Positions 9,643-17,981 of a stretch of 64,000 nt of DNA are shown in pieces. A program made the translations under genes and the position numbers. Positions within the stretch are counted from its first letter, which is position 1, and each line of letters opens with the position of its first letter. The notes under the pieces were generated by a model. That model was not told the origin of the DNA. It made no database searches and saw nothing but the letters and a program-made list of their open reading frames with translations. Source of the DNA: an uncultured delta proteobacterium (GTDB taxonomy: Bacteria > Desulfobacterota > Desulfobacteria > Desulfobacterales > B30-G6). The stretch spans positions 416,001-480,000 of the forward strand of contig CAWGLD010000004.1 of the NCBI GenBank assembly GCA_963823335.1. The letters are read 5' to 3'.

Positions 9643-9805
9643 GGTCGGAGGGGTAAGGCAATCAGGGTTCAAAGGGCCGAAACTGGAAGAGCTGGGTTGG
9701 AGGGGTGAAGGTTTGGAGGGGAAAATCTTGGCTGTAGACTGAAAACGATAAACAGACCCCCAGCATCCAGGCTTCCCAGCATCCCATCATTCCATTATTC
9801 CCATG
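9641..9805. repeat. Intergenic mosaic of degenerate ~8-bp tandem repeats
   Basis: AGGGTCGG/AGGGTTCA/GGGTTGGA/GGTTTGGA units, then CCCAGCAT/CCAGGCTT/CCCAGCAT/CCCATCAT units. Confidence 0.7.
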
Positions 9806-9938
9806 GGATTTTAACGATTTTATTTGACAACAGGCCCTGAGTGCGGTTTGATAAGGACTTACAATTTAAAAAATCCTTGTAGCGACGGGGTGGAGATGCC
9901 CGATACCTGAGTCACCTGAAAACGAATAGGAGAAAACA

Positions 9939-10214
9939 ATGAATAAAGCGGATTTGGCAGATGCTCTCAGTGAAGCAAACGGTTTGACAAAAACTGAGGC
10001 CAAAGTAATCGTCGACACTTTTTTCAGCGAAATGGTCGAAACCTTGGCACGGGGAGAGCGTGTGGAAATACGTGGGTTTTGTTCCTTTTATGTCAAACAG
10101 TACAAACCCTATGTCGGCAGAAATCCCAAAACCGGAGAAACTGTTCAAATATCGCCCAAAAAACTGCCCTATTTCAAATGTGGGAAAGAGCTCAAAGAGC
10201 GGGTGGATTACTAA
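9939..10214 (+). CDS. ihfB: Integration host factor beta subunit
   Basis: GERVEIRGF, GRNPKTGE, PYFKCGKELKERV; RBS AGGAG. Confidence 0.88.
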   Translation: MNKADLADALSEANGLTKTEAKVIVDTFFSEMVETLARGERVEIRGFCSFYVKQYKPYVGRNPKTGETVQISPKKLPYFKCGKELKERVDY

Positions 10215-10292
10215 TACTCAAAAGCTTCTAGGGCATATTTCCAAAATATCTCAGCCCTGCAAAATCTCCAATTTCACTTCATCTTCAACTTC

Positions 10293-10333
10293 AAATGCCG
10301 TCACGCATAGCTCACTATGGCGAAACGGCATTT
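10293..10333. repeat. Core-only copy of the covarying hairpin family; may also act as terminator between convergent genes
   Basis: AAATGCCGT-CA-CGC-ATAG-ctca-CTAT-G-GCG-AA-ACGGCATTT, close to the core at 53072-53112. Confidence 0.7.
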
Positions 10334-10350
10334 TTAATTGGCTTCTAATC

Positions 10351-11517
10351 TTATTCGTCAGGAATCCCTAAAAAATACCGCAATCCCGAGAGGTTATCCG
10401 TCGTAATCATCCCATGGCTGTACTCCTTCAATATCTCTTTGGGGCTGAACGCAATGGCCAGACCGGCATTCTCCAGCATGAACCGATCATTGGCACCATC
10501 GCCCACCGCAACGATCTGATCGACGGAAATCCGCTCTGCCTCTGCAATTTTCTGAAGGATCTCCCCTTTTCGTTTGGCATCGACGATGTCGCCTTTGATC
10601 TCCCCGGTAACAACGCCGTCTTCGACAGCCAGTTCATTGGCAAAAACATAATCGAGGTTGAGTCGCTTCTTGAGATAGTCGGTGAAAAACGAGAAACCAC
10701 CGGAGACCACACCGACCTTGTAACCCATTCGGTGAAGCGTGGCAATGAGCTCTTCAGCCCCGGGTGTCAGGTGAATCCCTCTGGTCAGGATCTCGAGCTG
10801 TTCCACTGTCAGCCCCTTCAAAAGACGCACACGCTTTTTCACGGCCTCTGTATAACTCATTTCACCGTTCATGGCCTTGGTAGTCATTTCCTTGACCGTT
10901 TCCCCGACACCCGCCACTTTTGCCAGCTCATCGATGATCTCTCCCTGGATAATGGTACTGTCGCAATCGAAAAGAACAACCTGTTTGTGTTTCTGAAATA
11001 CATTGTAATCCCGCAATGACACATCCAGGCCTGAATTCTCTGCAAACGCATAGAGCATCCGACGCATACCTTTGATGTCAGAAACATCCGAGGTGTCGAT
11101 GGTGATTTCCGTAGCGATGTATTCTCCCCGGGCAATCATTTTGATGGTTTCGATATTGATGCTGTTCTCGGAAAACATACCCGAAACCGACGCAACAATA
11201 CCTGGACGATCTTTTCCCATGAGAGTGAAAATCATCATGCGCTTGTCAACCTTGCGGCGTCCTTCAACATACGGTTCGACTCGAATCCCCATGTTGAAGT
11301 TAGAACGGATGGGCTCCAAGGCCTGGAGCAGGCCACCATAATCTTTGTCCGAGGTACTTAAATCGACCACCAGAAACATGGTAAAATGCCCCCGGACGGA
11401 GCGGGCCTCGATGTCGACAATATTGATATGCAGGTCCGACAGGATCTGTGTAACCGAATGAACCAGACCGGGGCGATCTTGCCCGACCGCCGAGATAACG
11501 TAGAGTAATTTTCCCAA
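10351..11517 (-). CDS. serB: Phosphoserine phosphatase with two ACT domains
   Basis: Two GxDRPG ACT motifs; HAD motifs FDCDST, VSGGF, GDGAND; TTG start after AGGAG. Confidence 0.93.
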   Translation of the reverse strand: MGKLLYVISAVGQDRPGLVHSVTQILSDLHINIVDIEARSVRGHFTMFLVVDLSTSDKDYGGLLQALEPIRSNFNMGIRVEPYVEGRRKVDKRMMIFTLMGKDRPGIVASVSGMFSENSINIETIKMIARGEYIATEITIDTSDVSDIKGMRRMLYAFAENSGLDVSLRDYNVFQKHKQVVLFDCDSTIIQGEIIDELAKVAGVGETVKEMTTKAMNGEMSYTEAVKKRVRLLKGLTVEQLEILTRGIHLTPGAEELIATLHRMGYKVGVVSGGFSFFTDYLKKRLNLDYVFANELAVEDGVVTGEIKGDIVDAKRKGEILQKIAEAERISVDQIVAVGDGANDRFMLENAGLAIAFSPKEILKEYSHGMITTDNLSGLRYFLGIPDE

Positions 11518-11644
11518 TTTTGCTCCTGAGTTACAAATTGAAGAAAGAGATAAAAAACACACGGACATGCATCATAAGTCCGGGCGGAAGTCAAGCCCAA
11601 ATAAAATCGCATAGCAATTTTATCCTGTGCGGCTTGGCCGTTTT

Positions 11645-11775
11645 TGCCCTGCGGGCGCCATTTGTCCTTCGGATGTCATTATTCGTCATTTGTCCTATCG
11701 GGCGTAATTTGCACTTCGTGCGATATTAGCGCTACGCGCGTATACCCTATGTGCGTAATTTATTGTTGCTCACAG
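11645..11775. repeat. Array of mini-hairpins (11-12 nt) joined by 7-nt linkers
   Basis: GCCCTGCGGGC, GTCCTTCGGAT, GTCCTATCGGGC, GCACTTCGTGC, GCGCTACGCGC with GCCATTT/GTCATTT/GTAATTT/GATATTA linkers; homologous arrays at 15203 and 28556. Confidence 0.8.
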
Positions 11776-11814
11776 CAACTTGCCGGGAGGCTGCTTATCG
11801 ATTAAAGCTTATGA

Positions 11815-11912
11815 CTCACCCTCCATCCCGCCGCCCCTGTTCTTTCACCCTCGAACCCTCCAAACCTCCACCCCTCCAACCCTGCTTTGCCCCTCCAACC
11901 CTCCAAACCTTA
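11815..11912. repeat. Degenerate 8-bp tandem repeat tract (CCCTCCAA-like)
   Basis: CCCTCGAA CCCTCCAA ACCTCCAC CCCTCCAA ... CCCTCCAA CCCTCCAA. Confidence 0.75.
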
Positions 11913-11965
11913 TTAAAATCCTGCCCTTGCAATAACGGCAGCCCGTGATTATAATGTAAATCGTT

Positions 11966-13714
11966 ATGAAAGAGATAAATGAAAAAATACCGACACCCCA
12001 GGAACTTGAAAAAGAAATAGCTGAATTTCTTACAAAAAAATTTGGCGGGAATGTCAAGGTTGCCCAGCCGATGGTTCTCCAGCAGGAAAACATGGTTGAT
12101 TCCGATGAAAAACCGCCTAAAAGAGAAAAGAAAATCAGTTTCGATCTCAAGCCGGAAGAGTTGGTTGCTTACCTGGATCAGTACATTGTCAAACAGGAGA
12201 GCGCCAAGGCAATTCTTGCCACCAAAATATGTACCCACTTCAACCGCATAAAGCGCTATCAGGCCGCACCCGATACTGTCAATGACCTGGTGGGAAGCAT
12301 TAAGAACAATGTTCTCATGATCGGTCCCACCGGCGTCGGAAAGACCTATATGATCAAGCTTATCGCCAAGAAAATCGGTGTGCCGTTTGTGAAAGGAGAT
12401 GCCACCAAGTTCAGCGAGACAGGTTATGTGGGAGGTGATGTAGAAGACCTGGTACGGGATCTGGTTCGAGAAGCTGATGGCGACATCGAACATGCCCAGC
12501 ATGGCATTATCTACATCGATGAAATCGACAAGATTGCATCCAGTCGCAACTTTGTAGGTGCCGATGTCAGTAGAACCGGTGTGCAACGGGCCCTTTTGAA
12601 ACCCATGGAAGAAACCGAGGTGGATCTCAAGGTTCCCCACGATCCAATTTCAATGCTTCAGGAGGTGGAACATTTTCGGAAAACCGGCAAGCGTGAAAAG
12701 AACGTGGTGAATACCAAAAAAATCCTTTTTATCATGAGTGGGGCCTTCAATGACATCGGGGAAATCGTTCAGAAGCGTATCTCCTCCCAGGGAATCGGGT
12801 TTGGTGCGACACTTCAAAAAACCGATGACAAGGCCGATTTGTTGAAGCACATCAAATCGGAAGACCTGATTCAATTCGGTTTCGAATCGGAGTTTGTCGG
12901 ACGACTACCGGTCCGCGCCGTATTTGAATTTCTGAACGAAACCGATCTCTACAACATTTTAAAGAACCCCAACAACCCGGTAACCTTAGGCAAAAAACTC
13001 GATTTTGCAGCATATGGCATCGATGCAAAATTCGAAGACAAGGCCCTTCAAGCACTGGCTAGAGAAGCCGCCAAAGAAAATACCGGCGCCCGGGGACTTG
13101 TAAGTGCCGTGGAGAGCGCGCTGCTGCTCTATGAAAAACGGCTTCCCTCAACAAACCTGCGCAAATTTCCCATAACCGTCGAACTGGTTGATTCACCCAA
13201 AACCACCTTTGAGAACATGATGAACGCCCCGGATGACGGTAATTGGGAAGACACATTCGAACGCCTGGTGCAGGAAGAAAAAGACGGCATCCGTGATTAT
13301 GTCATCGCCAACAGAGATCATATCGTCAGCAAATATATGATGAACCTGCCGGCATCACGAATCGATATCGTGGCTGATCAATACAGCAAAAATGCCACCG
13401 ACATCAGCAGGATTATCCAAAAGATCAAAGTCTACTACGATGATATCAAAGCCACCGAACTCCAGTTTTTAAAATCCCATGACGTCAACCTGGTATTGGA
13501 AGACAGTGCCATCGATTATGTCATAAAGAATATATTCGGCTCAACAATCAACCCGAAGGAACTCTTCAAACAGCTGTCCGATGACTTTGAGTTTGGTTTG
13601 AAACTGGTAAGAGATAAAACCGGCCGAAATCGTTTCTTCATCACCAGAGAAGCCCTTCTGGCCCCGGAAAAATTCATCGAGGACTTGATAAAAGACAAAC
13701 TGCCGATTGACTAA
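11966..13714 (+). CDS. ClpX-like AAA+ ATPase without zinc-binding domain, with C-terminal extension
   Basis: GPTGVGKT, GYVGGDVE pore loop, YIDEIDK, DVSRTGVQRALLK, IGF loop (GIGFG), GARGL; no N-terminal C4 zinc finger. Confidence 0.85.
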   Translation: MKEINEKIPTPQELEKEIAEFLTKKFGGNVKVAQPMVLQQENMVDSDEKPPKREKKISFDLKPEELVAYLDQYIVKQESAKAILATKICTHFNRIKRYQAAPDTVNDLVGSIKNNVLMIGPTGVGKTYMIKLIAKKIGVPFVKGDATKFSETGYVGGDVEDLVRDLVREADGDIEHAQHGIIYIDEIDKIASSRNFVGADVSRTGVQRALLKPMEETEVDLKVPHDPISMLQEVEHFRKTGKREKNVVNTKKILFIMSGAFNDIGEIVQKRISSQGIGFGATLQKTDDKADLLKHIKSEDLIQFGFESEFVGRLPVRAVFEFLNETDLYNILKNPNNPVTLGKKLDFAAYGIDAKFEDKALQALAREAAKENTGARGLVSAVESALLLYEKRLPSTNLRKFPITVELVDSPKTTFENMMNAPDDGNWEDTFERLVQEEKDGIRDYVIANRDHIVSKYMMNLPASRIDIVADQYSKNATDISRIIQKIKVYYDDIKATELQFLKSHDVNLVLEDSAIDYVIKNIFGSTINPKELFKQLSDDFEFGLKLVRDKTGRNRFFITREALLAPEKFIEDLIKDKLPID

Positions 13715-13717
13715 AGC

Positions 13718-13852
13718 TGACGGCTTCATAAAAAGTCGCAAAATTTAATTTAGCGTTATTCCCATGAAGGTTGAAATCCAGTTTTTTAAATTAGTTCTGG
13801 ATGCCTGGCTTCGCAAGCGTGACGAATTTTAGGATCTTTTACAAGTTCATCA
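13718..13852. repeat. Degenerate MITE-like element with an internal REP-like palindrome
   Basis: Imperfect termini TGACGGCTTCATAAAAAGTC / GATCTTTTACAAGTTCATCA; internal ATCCAG...CTGGAT. Confidence 0.55.
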
Positions 13853-13863
13853 AGGGGATACCC

Positions 13864-15048
13864 ATGATTGGCATATCAAAACTCTACTGTGGCACAGTGG
13901 AGCCTTCCGATGCATTACGCTATGGAAGGCTGTCATCGTCATTGCCTTCGCATCTTCTTCAGTTCTCGGCGGACAAAAGACCCGTGGTGGTATGGAATAT
14001 TACACGCCGCTGCAACTTGAAATGCGTTCACTGCTATGCCCAGGCAACAAAAGACGCACAAATCAACGAGCTCACAACCCAGGAAGGCATGAAGCTCATC
14101 GACGACCTGGCCGCATTTGGTGTACCGGTTCTGCTCTTCTCGGGCGGGGAGCCCCTGGTCAGAAAAGATCTGCCCGAGCTGGCTGAGTATGCGGTCCAAA
14201 AAGGAATGCGCGCAGTCATCTCCACCAATGGCACCCTCATTACACCCCAGATGGCCCGTAAATTGAAAGATATCGGCCTTTCCTATGTCGGCATCAGTCT
14301 GGATGGCATGACATCCATCAACGATGCGTTCCGGGGTGTCAAGGGCGCTTTCAACGCAGCCATGAAGGGTATCGAAAATTGCCAGGCTGTGGGGATCAAG
14401 GTCGGGCTCCGATTTACCATCAATAAGGCCAACGCAGATGAAATCGGGAAAATATTCGATCTACTGGAAGAAAAGGAAATCCCCAGAGTCTGCTTTTACC
14501 ACCTGGTCTATGCCGGTCGCGGCTCTAAGCTGATCGAGGAAGACCTTTCCCATGAAGAATCCCGAAAAGTCGTTGATTTGATTATCGACCGTACCAAAGA
14601 CCTCCACGACCGCGGCATCCCAAAAGAAGTGCTCACCGTCGACAACCATGCCGACGGTCCCTATCTGTACCTGCGGTTACTCAAAGAAAACCCCCGGCGT
14701 GCCGGGGACGTTCTTGAACTGCTGCAAATGAACGAAGGCAACAGTTCCGGAAGAGGCATCGGTTGTATCAGCTGGGATGGCGAGGTCTATGCCGATCAGT
14801 TCTGGCGGCACTTCAGTTTCGGCAATGTCCGGCAGCGGCCCTTTTCCGAAATCTGGACCGACACCTCCAATGAACTCATGCGGCAGCTCAAAGAAAAGAA
14901 GAAACATGTCAAGGGACGCTGCGCCGACTGTCAATGGCTCGATATTTGCGGGGGAAACTTCAGAGTGAGGGCGGAAGCCGTCAGCGGTGATATATGGGCA
15001 CCGGACCCGGCCTGTTATCTGACGGATGAGGAGATAGGGATTGAGTAG
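13864..15048 (+). CDS. ahbC: Radical SAM/SPASM 12,18-didecarboxysiroheme deacetylase (alternative heme pathway)
   Basis: MIGISKLYCG N-terminus, VVWNITRRCNLKCVHC, VDNHADG, C-terminal Cys cluster; adjacent to hemB and ahbD. Confidence 0.9.
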   Translation: MIGISKLYCGTVEPSDALRYGRLSSSLPSHLLQFSADKRPVVVWNITRRCNLKCVHCYAQATKDAQINELTTQEGMKLIDDLAAFGVPVLLFSGGEPLVRKDLPELAEYAVQKGMRAVISTNGTLITPQMARKLKDIGLSYVGISLDGMTSINDAFRGVKGAFNAAMKGIENCQAVGIKVGLRFTINKANADEIGKIFDLLEEKEIPRVCFYHLVYAGRGSKLIEEDLSHEESRKVVDLIIDRTKDLHDRGIPKEVLTVDNHADGPYLYLRLLKENPRRAGDVLELLQMNEGNSSGRGIGCISWDGEVYADQFWRHFSFGNVRQRPFSEIWTDTSNELMRQLKEKKKHVKGRCADCQWLDICGGNFRVRAEAVSGDIWAPDPACYLTDEEIGIE

Positions 15049-15055
15049 GGAAAAA

Positions 15056-15316
15056 TAGGGTTCAAGGGGCTGAGGGTGATACAAGGGTTGGAGGTTTGGA
15101 AGGGAATAGTGTCCATTGAGTTTGTTGGGTTTCTTGAGTTCATTGGGTTGATGGAACAGGGTTGTGTTGAGAGATATCTGTTTGCCAAGAGCAACCGGCC
15201 AAGAGCTACAATAAATAACGCGCGCAGCGCTAATATCGTCCGATAGGACAAATGACTATGAATGACATCCGAAGGATAAATTACGCCCGAAGGGCATAAT
15301 GACGCCCGAAGGGCAA
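15056..15316. repeat. Composite intergenic repeat: 8-mer tract, 9-mer tract and mini-hairpin array
   Basis: GAGGGTGATACAAGGGTTGGAGG is an exact reverse-complement match near 47782; GTTTGTTGG/GTTCATTGG 9-mers; GTCCGATAGGAC and GCCCGAAGGGC hairpins. Confidence 0.8.
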
Positions 15317-15330
15317 TGCGAGGTATATCT

Positions 15331-16308
15331 ATGCTCTTCCCAGACTATCGACCCAGGCGATTGAGACAAAGCAGGGCGTTTCGGCGCATGATCCGTGAAA
15401 CACAACTCTGTGTGGATGACCTGATTCTGCCCATATTCGCCGTCGGCGGCAAAAACGTCAAAAACCCCATTCCATCCATGCCGGGGCAATTTCAACTCTC
15501 GGTAGACAACGTCGTCAAGCTGGCCAAGACCACCCATGACCTGGACATACCGGCCATTATACTGTTTGGTCTGCCGGACAAAAAGGACCCGCTGGGAACC
15601 GGGGCTTATGCCAAAAACGGCATTGTGCAACAGGCAGTCAAGGCGGTTAAGGACAGTCAGCCGGACCTGGCCGTTATTACGGACGTCTGCCTTTGCCAGT
15701 ATACAGATCATGGCCATTGCGGTATTGTGGAGGGTGACACCGTAGACAATGATGCATCCCTGGATCTGATTGCCAGGACTGCATTGTCTCATTGCCGTGC
15801 CGGGGCCGATATGGTGGCCCCTTCAGACATGATGGACGGCCGGGTCACTGAAATAAGAAATCTTCTGGATGAAAACGATTTCAGCCGGATTCCCATCATG
15901 TCCTATGCAGCAAAATACTGCTCGTCCTATTATGGCCCGTTCCGGGAGGCGGCTGACTCCGCTCCACAGTTTGGTGATCGCAGAACCTATCAGATGGATC
16001 CTGCCAACGCGGTTGAAGCCATTCGGGAAGCAACCATGGACGTGGAGGAAGGGGCGGATATCATCATGGTGAAACCGGCCCTGGCCTATTTGGATGTGAT
16101 CAACAGAATCCGGGAAGAGATCGATCTTCCTGTGGCGGCCTATAATGTCAGCGGCGAATATGCCATGATCAAGGCGGCCGATCAATTGGGCTGGCTGGAC
16201 GGCAAAAAGGTGATGCTGGAAACATTGACCGCCATCAAACGTGCCGGGGCCGATATGATACTGACGTACTTTGCCATTGAAGCAGCCGGCATATTGATGG
16301 AAAAGTAA
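15331..16308 (+). CDS. hemB: Porphobilinogen synthase
   Basis: RPRRLR, DVCLCQYTDHGHCG zinc site, APSDMMDGR, YGPFREA, MVKPAL, YNVSGEY. Confidence 0.97.
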   Translation: MLFPDYRPRRLRQSRAFRRMIRETQLCVDDLILPIFAVGGKNVKNPIPSMPGQFQLSVDNVVKLAKTTHDLDIPAIILFGLPDKKDPLGTGAYAKNGIVQQAVKAVKDSQPDLAVITDVCLCQYTDHGHCGIVEGDTVDNDASLDLIARTALSHCRAGADMVAPSDMMDGRVTEIRNLLDENDFSRIPIMSYAAKYCSSYYGPFREAADSAPQFGDRRTYQMDPANAVEAIREATMDVEEGADIIMVKPALAYLDVINRIREEIDLPVAAYNVSGEYAMIKAADQLGWLDGKKVMLETLTAIKRAGADMILTYFAIEAAGILMEK

Positions 16309-16419
16309 AAAGCCCAATTTCTGCGTTGCACTTCATCCCGCTGCCACTCAACGTACCTGGGGTACGCCTCGTGACACGAGATTTGTGACGCCTTGAACTT
16401 GGAATTTTTACTTTCCCAT
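16297..16419 (+). repeat. Long hairpin element (covarying-core family) overlapping the hemB stop codon
   Basis: Arms ATGGAAAAGTAAAAA / TTTTTACTTTCCCAT; CCAATTTCTGCGTTG...CGTAC-ctggg-GTACG...CGCCTTGAACTTGG. Confidence 0.75.
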
Positions 16420-16584
16420 TTTGGACGTTCAGACTTAACTGTTGCCATAGATATATTCCGTTTGGCGTCTGGTTTGAGCTCCGGCGGGTGACGGCAAACA
16501 GCCGGTCGCCTGTTTAAAGCGGGTTAGCGATCGTTGGGAAGACCAGTAGATTGGATTGGATTTATGATTATCAAGTGTTGCAAC

Positions 16585-17697
16585 ATGCCGATAAAAAGTC
16601 ATCCCCATGCTTTGAAAGAAGAGTCCAAGCGCGCGAATCTGCGTCTGGTCGCCTGGGAGATCACCAGGAACTGCAATCTGTCCTGTGTTCACTGTCGTGC
16701 ATCCGCAACCATGGGCCCCTACGAGGGTGAACTCGACACCACTGCCTGTTTGAATCTTCTGGACCAGATACACGTGGTGGGTGATCCGATCGTTATTCTG
16801 ACCGGTGGAGAACCCTTGCTGAGACCGGACATTTTTGAGATCGCCCGGTATGGGTCCGACAAAGGTCTTCGTATGGTGATGGCCCCCAACGGAACACTCA
16901 TCACCGAAGACAAAGCCCGGCAGATGGCAGACGCCGGAATCAAGCGAATCAGCATCAGCCTGGATGGCGCCACCCGGGAAATTCATGACCGGTTTCGGGG
17001 TGTGGACGGCGCTTTTGACGGTGCCCTTCAGGGAATTGCCATGGCGAAAAAAGCCGGTGTCGAATTCCAGATCAACACAACCATCACAAAATCGAACCTG
17101 GATCAGATTCCCGACATTCAGAAACTGGCCGTGACTCTGGGTGCTGTTGCTCACCACATCTTCCTGCTGGTTCCCACCGGCAGAGGAAAATACATCGTGG
17201 ACACGGAAATCGATGCCCAGGAGTATGAAGAAACCCTGAACTGGTTCTACGACCAGAGAGACAAGGCGCCCCTACAGCTCAAAGCCACCTGCGCCCCCCA
17301 CTATTACCGCATCCTCAGACAACGCGCAAAAAAAGATGGTCAGAAGGTGACCTTTCAGACTCACGGTCTGGATGCTGTCAGCCGCGGATGTCTGGGAGGG
17401 GTCGGGTTCTGCTTCATATCTCACACCGGTCTGGTACAGCCGTGCGGCTTTCTCAATGTGGCCTGTGGTGATGTTACGCAGAAACCGTTCCATGAAATCT
17501 GGAACCGGTCGGATGTGTTTCTGCGACTGCGTGACTATGACTGCCTCACCGGAAAATGTGGTGACTGTGAATATAAAAAAGTCTGTGGTGGCTGCCGGGC
17601 CCGGGCCTTTGAGGCCACCGGTGACTACATGACCGAAGAACCCCTATGCAATTATATCCCGGCATCCCCACACCGGGGAACAAATATCACGAGCTGA
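16585..17697 (+). CDS. ahbD: Radical SAM/SPASM heme b synthase (start uncertain)
   Basis: LRLVAWEITRNCNLSCVHCRA, FLLVPTGRG, LKATCAPHYYR, GCLGG, CGGCRARA. Confidence 0.9.
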   Translation: MPIKSHPHALKEESKRANLRLVAWEITRNCNLSCVHCRASATMGPYEGELDTTACLNLLDQIHVVGDPIVILTGGEPLLRPDIFEIARYGSDKGLRMVMAPNGTLITEDKARQMADAGIKRISISLDGATREIHDRFRGVDGAFDGALQGIAMAKKAGVEFQINTTITKSNLDQIPDIQKLAVTLGAVAHHIFLLVPTGRGKYIVDTEIDAQEYEETLNWFYDQRDKAPLQLKATCAPHYYRILRQRAKKDGQKVTFQTHGLDAVSRGCLGGVGFCFISHTGLVQPCGFLNVACGDVTQKPFHEIWNRSDVFLRLRDYDCLTGKCGDCEYKKVCGGCRARAFEATGDYMTEEPLCNYIPASPHRGTNITS

Positions 17698-17715
17698 TAT
17701 TCTTGTAGCAAGGGA

Positions 17716-17839
17716 GTCAACTACCACCCGTGAAACGGGTGGCTTGGATTTCTCCCAAAATGGGGGAAATCCAAAGGAGACGGCATGTCTCCGTAAGTTC
17801 AGGTTCGGAACCGCGTGCCAAGCACGCGGTTTGTAGAAC
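17716..17839. mobile_element. Miniature IS200/IS605-end-like palindromic element with four tandem hairpins
   Basis: GTCAACTA-CCACCCGT-gaa-ACGGGTGG-CTTG start; TTGGATTTCTCCCA/TGGGGGAAATCCAA; GGAGAC/GTCTCC; AACCGCGTGC/GCACGCGGTT. Confidence 0.55.
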
Positions 17840-17893
17840 AATCATTATCCCACCGTTAATTGCATTGAACCGTTATATTTACATCACAAAAAA

Positions 17894-17922
17894 TTGACAT
17901 CTCACTTTTTTTTGGTTATCCT
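17894..17922 (+). promoter_or_regulatory. Sigma70-type promoter for the AMIN/PilZ/ATPase operon
   Basis: TTGACA-17 nt-TATCCT, about 60 bp before ATG 17982. Confidence 0.65.
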
Positions 17923-17981
17923 CACAAAATCTTTCAGGTTATCTGTGCACCTCTATCAGTAAATCAGGCGATAAGGACGAT

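Noticed and set aside
11645-11775. Periodic palindromes as a CRISPR array
   Set aside because: Period is only 18-19 nt, the palindromes vary while the linkers are conserved, there are no unique 30-40 nt spacers, and no cas genes are present
16465-16520. G-U-rich hairpin in the ahbD leader as a regulatory RNA
   Set aside because: Single stem-loop with no second copy or known motif; not enough evidence
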